Shown: positions 12,201 to 17,804 of the stretch, piece after piece
How the letters are laid out: every line of letters begins with the position of its first letter
Position numbering within the stretch: position 1 is the first letter of the stretch
Assembly: GCA_032128875.1 (NCBI GenBank)
Contig: JAVLKG010000026.1
Span: 1 to 17,804 of the forward strand
DNA length: 17,804 nucleotides
From: Candidatus Melainabacteria bacterium 17Bon1m
GTDB taxonomy: Bacteria; Cyanobacteriota; Vampirovibrionia; Obscuribacterales; Obscuribacteraceae
Direction: 5' to 3'
The notes under the pieces: model-generated
The model's database searches: none
Told to the model about the DNA's origin: nothing
The model's input: the letters and a program-made list of their open reading frames with translations, nothing else
Position numbers and translations under genes: made by a program

Positions 12201-15200
12201 GTTGTTGGTGGCATTGAGCGAACCATTGATATCAATGATTCCGCCGTTGTTTTGAACAATTACGTTGGCACCATTGACTTGAGCGTTGACGTTGATCGGA
12301 TCACCGGAAGCAGTCAAGGTTGCTGTGGTACCGGCGTTGATGTTGCCATTTACGTCGATCTGGCTGTTAGCACCAGTCACCGTAACGGTGGCGCTGGTAC
12401 CTGCAGTCAGTGTGTTGTTGATAGTGACATCGCCAGTATCGACAGTTGCTGTGTAGTTAACTGCACCACCTGCGTTGACCGCACCATTCTGGGTGAGGTC
12501 GCCGTTTTGTGTAGTTGACGTCAGGTTGTTGGTGACGTTTGTAGCGCCGTTAATGTTGATGTTGCCGCTTGTAGTTGTGTAAGCGACGTTGTTGGCAGTA
12601 AGTGCATTCGTTGTGATTGCGCCCGATGTTGCGTTGAACGCAGCATTATTGGATGCGTTGATGGCACCAGCCAAGGTCGTAGCGCCCGCAGCTGAAGTAG
12701 TCGTCACATTGGTAGCTGTCAAAGTACCAGCAGCGTTTGATGTGATGGTACCGGCTCCGGCCGTGGTCAATGAGAGTGAGCCACCAGCGTTCATTGCTGC
12801 GTTAGCAGTAAGAGCGCCAGTACCGGAAGTCCAAGCAATGTTGGTTCCGGCGTTGATGGTTCCTGCACCACTATTGGTGATGGTGTTTGCACCAGCAACG
12901 GTGAAGTTAGCAGCACCGGTGGTGTTGATAGCGGCAGTGATGTCGATATCGTCGCCTGTCGAGTTGATGTTTGCACTAGCGGCATTGACTGCAGCAGTTA
13001 CGTTGATGTCTCCACCTGCCGTCAAATTGGCAGAGCCGGTAGCACTAAGTGCTCCGACTACATTCAATATATTGTTAGCGGAAAGGTTGAAGTTGTTAGC
13101 GGACGATGCACCCAAGTTGACGCCTGCGCCTGCGGTGTCAGTCACGAAGACATTGCCCGAGGTATTAGCGGTGAGCGCAGTGGCATTTGTTTGAATGTTG
13201 TTAGCAGCACCGGTAGCACCGATGTTGCCACTGGTCGAAACCAAATTCAAACTCGCGGTGTTGATGGTGCCACCGGTGCGGGTGATATTTCCCGAACCTC
13301 CAGCAGTCAAATTGGTTACGGTTGCTGCAGTGATGGTGTTGTTGAGAACGATGTTGCCATTGTTCTGTGTGGTGATATTGGTCGTCGGACCACTCACTGC
13401 ACCATTGACTGTAGCGGTTCCACCGGACAGCAAATTAAAGGATGAAGTGGCTGTCATCGCTCCAGCTAAATTCGTAGCTCCAGCCGTAGTGATATTCATG
13501 TTGGCGCCACTAGACGCATTTACGGTAGTGGTTCCAGCGTTGGTGTCGTTGACGAACACATCACCTGCAGTGTTGGCAGAGAAAGTGCCAGCATTGGTGA
13601 CGATGTTATTGCCAGAGGTGCCAATTGCACCTGTCGCCAAAAGGGTCAAGGTGTTAGTTGAGATAGGAGCACCAGTAGTCGAAATGGCTCCAATTGCTGC
13701 ACTGAGAGTGACAGCCGAAGAGTTGCCACCAAACTGTCCACCAATTGGAGCATTGACAGCAATACTGCCGGCACCGCCACCATTTGTGGTGAGAGATACG
13801 GTGTTGGCAGCCAGAGGACCTTGAACGGTTACTGTGCCATTAGAAGCGCTCGTTCTGGTGAAGTCGAAAACATTCGCGCTAGACGACTGCAAGTTTACGC
13901 TCGCTGCCGAATCAACAATAAGAACATTTCCGCCGGTATTGGCGCTGACATTTGCCGCATTCAAAGCGACAGCATTCGCGCCTGAACCGATATTACCGAA
14001 ATCAGATGAAAGCTGGACGGTATTAGCATTCACTACGCCGCCGATGCCCAGGATGTTTCCACCACTGGTCGTGTTCAAGACAGCAGTAGTCCCGTTTACT
14101 GGTCCCAAAATAGCCATATCGCCGCCGGCCGACACATTAACAGTGGCACCAGCGGAAACTAAGTTGATAATCACCGAATCTTGTTCGGAGATAAAGATAC
14201 TTCTGCCAACGCCAGCCGACGCTGTCAGTGAATTTGTATTGGTCAAAAGAGGCGTAGCCAGGCTGCCAATATTTCCACCTGCAGCCATGTTCAGCGCAGA
14301 AGCATTGAGAGTGGCGGTTCCGCTACGGGAGATATTGCCACTGCCGCCAGCTGCAGTCTGAAGAGCGAGAAGTCCGCTTGCGAATACATCACCAGCAACA
14401 ACTAGATTTGTATTGTTGGTGATCAATGCGACCGTCGCGTTATTAGCGGTGGAAGCGTTGAGCGTCACAGAACCGGTGCGATTGTCAGCAATAGACACGT
14501 CGCCGGTCGTGTTGAAGGTAATCGAATTGGCATTAGTGAAGATTGGAGTGCCCGAACCAATATTTCCACTTGTAGATTGCAGATTGAGGGCGTTGGTCAG
14601 AATTGCCGCGCCGGTTGTGCTGATTGCTCCAGCACCATTAGCGATCAAAGAAACGGAAGTAGCATTGCCACCGCCGTTTGCACTGATTACGTTGTTGACT
14701 TGAACGCCGCCATTACCAGCAACGTTTTGAAGAATTACGTTCGATGCACCCAGAGTGCCAGCAACGATGATGTCGCCAACTCCGGCATCTGTTCTCGTCA
14801 AAGAGAAGGTGCCTGCAGCAGACGAGTTGTTGGCGTTGAGGGTTACATTGCCGGTTGCCGCATCAATTATATAGACAGATCCAGCGTTGGCTTTTGCAGA
14901 GAGGTTCGGAGCGAGAACGAGAAGTTGATCACCGACAGAACCAATGCTTCCTACTGTAGATACGAGGTTGAGGTTGCTGATCGCAGTAACGAAACCACCA
15001 AGAGTTGCGTTAGTGATGCTGTTGAATGAAGTGAGGTTAACAGTGGTGCCTGTGATTGCACTGTTGATGATCAAACTTCCGAAATCAGAAGTCTCCGTTA
15101 TAGTCGTTGCGCTCAAGGGAACATTGTTAGTGACATTCCCGAAGGCACGAACGTTAATGGAGTTAGTTGCAGTGACAGCAGCATTAAGAGTTGCAGTCGA

Positions 15201-17804
15201 TCCAGAAGAACGAATCACAACATCGTTGCCAGAAATGGCGCCGGAGTTTGTGAAAGCGCCAGCGGTCAAAATGTCGACAGTGCCTGTGGCTGCGTTAGCA
15301 GTAGCACCAGTCACGTTGAGAGCATTGTTGTCGTTGACATAGATGTTGCCGGCAGTAGCGCTGAAACTTGCGTTATCTGCATCGAGATTGAATCTCGTTG
15401 CAGTGCCGGTCCCGATGCTTCCACCAGTAGAGGTCAAGCTTACCGTTGGTGCTTGGAGCAGACCACCATTAGAAGTGATGTTGCCGCTTGCAGTCCAAGT
15501 TGCGCTGGTTCCTGCGATCGAGGTCGCGGTGTTATGAATAACACCACCAGTGTTATTCGCAGTAAATGTAGTTGCGGAAGTGATGTTACCGTTGAGGTTC
15601 ATCGCTGCGCCATTGGCAGTCAATGCAACAGAGTTGCCTTGAGTAGTGCCATTGATGGCCATGATACCGCTGGAGTTTGCAACCAGAGCACCAGATGCAG
15701 TTATTGAACTATTTGAGGTCAACGTACCACCACCATTAGTGGTTAGTGTCACGTTGGTTCCACCGACAGAGCTGGTCAAGCCAGTTATGAGTGCACCACC
15801 GCCGTTAGCAGTCAAGCCAACAGTAGTTCCTGCCGAAATTGCAACACCAGCTGCAACAGACAAACCGCCAGAGCTGGCGGTTGCAGATATAGATGTAGTG
15901 TTTGCAGTGACATTGTTGTCCAGAGTCATCGCACCTGCAGATGTCAACGCAACCGAGCTGCCTTGAACTGCCGCATTTACGTCAAGTGCGCCTCCAGCAT
16001 TCATGGTTAGAACGCCGGTTCCACTGATCGCTCCATTTGTTGTTATTGCACCAGTACCAGCATTCGTTTGCAACGTGATTGTGCTTCCGCTGATAGTGCC
16101 GGCGTTATTAGTGTCAATCGTACTTGTGCCATTGCCTGTCAATGTGACGGTGCCACCAGTCAAAGCGGCGTTTATGTTCATGGCGCCAGCATTGTTTGTG
16201 GTCAAACTCACTGAAGTGCTGTTGTTCTGAGCAGTAGAAACAGTAATCGATGTGTTTGCGTTAACGCTCAATATAGGAGTCGCCACAGCCCCTTGCAGGT
16301 TGACCAAACCAGCCCCAGTGGTGACGAGGTTGAACTGAGTGCCAGCGCTAGATGCCTGAACGTTCACTCCGTTAGCTTCGGTGTAGAAAGCCGAAGTGCC
16401 AGCTGTCGTGGTCAAGTTAGTGACGTTTGTCGAAATTCTGTTGGCGCCTGTACCTACGTTGGTACCGGCGGTTACGGTAAGGTTGTTACCCGAAGTGACT
16501 CCAGCGGTGTAGAGGACGTCATCATCTGAGTTGTAGACAACGTTGCCACCAGTAGACGAAACGTTAGCGCCCAGCGTGATGGTATTGGTACCGCCTGTTC
16601 CCGTGTTCTGGACAGTGACTAGTCCGCCAGAACCGGAGGAAAGAGCACCGTTGACAGTCACATCATCATTGGCAGTCAATGTTATTGTGCCTGTCGTAGT
16701 GGTCACAGAACCGGTCCCACTGACTGTGATGTCTGAGTTACCACCAGGCGTGTTTAAGTTGACATTGCCACTTGTGGTGTTGACAGCAGAGTTAAGGGTG
16801 ATAGCGTCACCGCCATTAACTGTGAGCCCACCAGTGTTCGCAGTCACTGCGCCGTTGATGGTAGTCGTGCCTCCGGCAGTGACAGTCACTGCACCGGCTG
16901 CGCTGATAGCTCCAGTGATAGTCACATTGGTGTTGGTTGCACTTGTGGACAGCGTATTAGCGGTGGTTGTACCGAGCGAGTTAAAAGTCGCTGAGCCACC
17001 TGTGGTGTTATTGGTATTGATGTTCACAGTGCCACCACCACCAGTGCCACCTGTTGTTGTGATAGCACCGGTGTTGACACCGTTACCACCAGAGATCAGT
17101 ACGTTGCCGTTAGTACCACCTCCGACACCGCCAGTCACGATTGATGAGCCAGAAAGGTTGACTGCTCCACCGCCCACACTTCCATCGCGTGCAACGATGT
17201 TCACTGCACCACCGTTCGCTGCACCAGTCGTGTTGATGGTCATGGCGTTCAGCGTGATGTTGCCTCCGGCAAGAAGTCCAGCTGGAGTGATGGTGGTATT
17301 ACCAGTGGCCGGAGTGCCATTTGGCGCGCTACCGGACGAGGTGCCACCAGTAGGTGTCACAGTGAAGCCTGCATAGAGGTTGACTTCATTGCCGTTTGTG
17401 GTGATGGTGCGAGTGCCCGTCTGCGTGATGCTGTTGCGCGCCAAGATAGCAAGGCCTTCGTTGACAGTGATGTCACCGTTTATGTTTATGCTTCCACCCG
17501 CGTTGTAGTACGTGGGATCGATAAAGCTGAGACTGCCGAGATTGAGAACTTCGGTATCACTAACTTGAACGTGTGAGCCATAACCAGAACCCTGCACGTT
17601 ACCCGTAATGTTGCGAGCGTCGACGTAAATCGTTCCGCCGCCGGCATTCATGTTGAAATCTTTCGAGAGGAAATCGCCACCGTTAACTACGGAGTCGAAT
17701 GCTGCGTTGTAACCAGCCTCACGAATGTTAATGGCACCATTCAAAGCTGAAACGGTGCCATTGGTGTTGGTGATATTGAGAGCTGTCGGAACGGGTGTGT
17801 CGAA
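1..17804 (-). CDS. Giant (>5,900 aa, partial at both ends) beta-strand-repeat / filamentous-haemagglutinin-like secreted or surface protein, predicted beta-helical adhesin-type exoprotein
   Basis: The minus frame starting at 17804 reads FDTPVPTALNITNTNGTVSALNGAINIREAGY... through to ...HGERVVIKKGNVLFVPFKATTVETPNGIV at position 3, with no stop in hand translation. The ORF track has no minus ORF in this frame, as expected if it never closes. All Pro/Val/Leu-rich plus-strand shadow ORFs from 469 to 16543 start at positions =1 mod 3, so there is no frameshift. Composition is G/N/T/A/S/V/I/L-dominated with alternating hydrophobic-polar beta-strand patterns (e.g. GNITLN, TVNLTA). The ORF is near-certain; the functional class is inferred. 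Confidence 0.95.
216..530 (-). other. Low-complexity Ala/Ser/Thr/Pro/Gln linker (~105 aa) following the 'ADPP' end of the beta-repeat region
   Basis: After ITLGSGSLVFADPP (ADPP = 542-531) the beta-strand periodicity stops: TQASAPSAAPSVAAAVPADNKSTSLSQIFGFASEQSTMTSDLSVLSLNAAPQMQAANNATLMTATNTATLAAQAGLPVS... Confidence 0.75.
1285..2285 (-). repeat. About 11 Gly-rich 'AxGxxx(N/D)GGx(I/V)x(I/L/F)' repeats of ~25-35 aa
   Basis: GAGDAGSINVTA / ANGTNNGGNINFT / ASGGTGNGGSSTF / GTGALNGGEAHV / GLDGKGAVIELNAG / ANGTGLNGDGGGLIL / AKGVGNGSGGEIIF / AGAGGTGDGGNLVIE / RGSGGADGASYAF / SSANGGNAGTVNLS / ASGNNGEINIT. A GGxI-type repeat is typical of haemagglutinin-like exoproteins. Confidence 0.75.
2400..3490 (-). 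repeat. ~365-aa duplicated cassette, copy C (contains the TYxN module)
   Basis: ADSTFENDITITTNAMTNA...GDIIVQSNVGSGLTLTG...ATANDLVLDGIMTY...WNVVNSATYAN...GADLAFVSSGDVD...GGNLTLMAGFDFNPP. Anchors (copy C vs copy B): DSTF 3387 vs 5211, W 3012 vs 4848, AG(F/Y)DF 2841 vs 4665. Confidence 0.9.
4215..5325 (-). repeat. ~370-aa duplicated cassette, copy B (contains the TYxN module)
   Basis: GDSTFNGDIDITTNNMTNA...GDIDIQSFSGSGLTLNG...ATVNNLVLNGTTTY...WNFVNSGTYAN...GSNLAFIAAGDIN...GGNLTMIAGYDFTPP is colinear with copy C at an offset of 1,824-1,836 nt. Confidence 0.9.
5689..5712 (+). repeat. Perfect 9-bp tandem repeat (GTTGCGCCG x2.7), in frame, encoding A-T-G-A-T-G-A-T on the minus strand
   Basis: gttgcgccg (5689-5697) gttgcgccg (5698-5706) gttgcg (5707-5712), read directly from the sequence. 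Confidence 0.9.
5990..16484 (-). repeat. Array of ~20 degenerate ~55-aa motifs 'LxLxSxxGxIGxxxx(P/R)(I/L)xTxAxxLxANxxGxV(F/Y)(I/V)x(D/E/N)', spaced ~80-130 aa apart within clusters
   Basis: Examples: LNLQSTSGNIGSGTPIFTNANSITFNTTGDVSIAD (~14590), LNLVSTSGNIGATGAANNIQTNATALTANTSGNVFVTD (~13250), LNLTSGSGDIGGVGDPIFTSVANLSANTTGNVYINE (~11635), VNLTSTFGSIGTFAKYVTINAANMTANTSGNVYVNN (~9965), VVLTSGSGDIGSLSNPIFINATNVTATTTGGIYLNN (~9590), LIATSGGGNIGSLANPLTTNAPSMTVNTGG (~9245). Further copies lie outside the main array at ~3840, ~3610 and ~1150. The repeats are protein-level; the DNA is diverged. Confidence 0.85.
12060..13080 (-). repeat. Run of short (~18-20 aa) beta-helix-like rungs 'IxVNGAVxAxxxVxLTAxxG' (similar runs at ~16920-15480, ~8400-7800, ~6800-6250)
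   Basis: AGGDINVTAAVNAASANINS / TGDDIDITAAINTTGAANFT / QIDVNGNINAGTTATLTASGD / PINVNAQVNGANVIVQNNGG / IIDINGSLNATNNVTVSNQG / STITLDGTINAGNNVSMSN / AAINLNGATTAGNLVTLS. The period of about 19 aa matches the rung length known for the FHA beta-helix. Confidence 0.75.
16880..17519 (-). repeat. TYxN-LA-AG(F/Y)xxxP module, copy A
   Basis: DPTYYNAGGSININGDITVNEGLAILARNSIT...GNEVNLYAGFTVTPTGG...GGNITL...NGGAVNIVA...NGNVLISGGNGVNTGAITTTGGTGGGGTVNI aligns by eye with copies B and C near the C-terminus. Confidence 0.65.
17499..17804 (-). other. Non-repetitive N-proximal segment preceding the repeat shaft (GAINIREAGY...GGDFLSKDFNMNAGGG...SHVQV...IDPTYYN)
   Basis: Richer in aromatic and charged residues (Y, F, R, E, K, H, D) than the shaft, and not repeated elsewhere in the window. 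Its position is compatible with the tail of an N-terminal secretion/cap domain. The signal peptide and true N-terminus lie outside the window. Confidence 0.55.

Noticed and set aside
764-12985. Short minus-strand ORFs in alternative frames (764-961, 1241-1441, 1550-1750, 1916-2119, 6914-7162, 10768-11043, 12791-12985)
   Set aside because: They are 64-91 aa, out-of-frame overlaps inside the giant CDS, with the Ser/Arg/Gln-biased composition expected from frame-shifted reading. No independent evidence of expression.
450-16529. Plus-strand Cys/Arg/Ser/Val-rich ORFs (e.g. 450-890, 1467-2078, 8460-9152, 11121-11948)
   Set aside because: These are the exact codon-for-codon antisense of the giant ORF. 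Their Cys richness comes from ACA/GCA codons read in reverse, not from metal-binding proteins.
469-17376. Numerous plus-strand Pro/Val/Leu/Ala-rich ORFs (e.g. 808-1470, 3499-4317, 11542-12255, 16543-17376)
   Set aside because: All lie in one frame (start =1 mod 3) and are the typical shadow of Gly/Asn/Thr codons on the opposite strand. They are fragmented by stops and have no recognisable domains.
1-17804. CRISPR array, DGR template/variable repeats, IS ends, RNA genes, RGD integrin motif
   Set aside because: The entire window is coding. No long near-identical nucleotide repeats, regularly spaced direct repeats, terminal inverted repeats or RGD tripeptide were seen by eye. A self-BLASTN would be the decisive check.

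Overview
The whole 17.8-kb window lies inside one giant minus-strand reading frame (codons 17804->3, 5,934 codons). It has no start and no stop inside the window, so it is absent from the supplied ORF track. Hand translation gives a Gly/Asn/Thr/Ala/Ser/Val-rich, almost charge-free, beta-strand-repeat protein resembling filamentous-haemagglutinin (TpsA-like) beta-helical exoproteins. Order from N- to C-terminus: (1) a non-repetitive segment ending in 'IDPTYYN'; (2) a 'TYxN...LA...AG(F/Y)xxxP...GG' module; (3) about 4,000 aa of alternating short rungs and ~100-aa 'GxIG...NxxGxV(F/Y)' units with nested higher-order duplications; (4) two more copies of the TYxN module; (5) Gly-rich 'NGGxI' repeats grading into a Lys-rich segment; (6) an abrupt 'ADPP' end and a low-complexity linker; (7) the only Cys pair found (C-x10-C); (8) the start of a distinct, possibly FecR-like C-terminal domain ('VVIKKGNVLFVPFKATTVETPNGIV') cut off by the window edge. 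From memory only (no search run), these termini resemble uncharacterised giant proteins of Candidatus Melainabacteria/Obscuribacterales. All listed ORFs are shadows of this gene. No RNA genes, CRISPR arrays, mobile elements or intergenic DNA were seen. All counts and alignments were done by hand and need computational confirmation.
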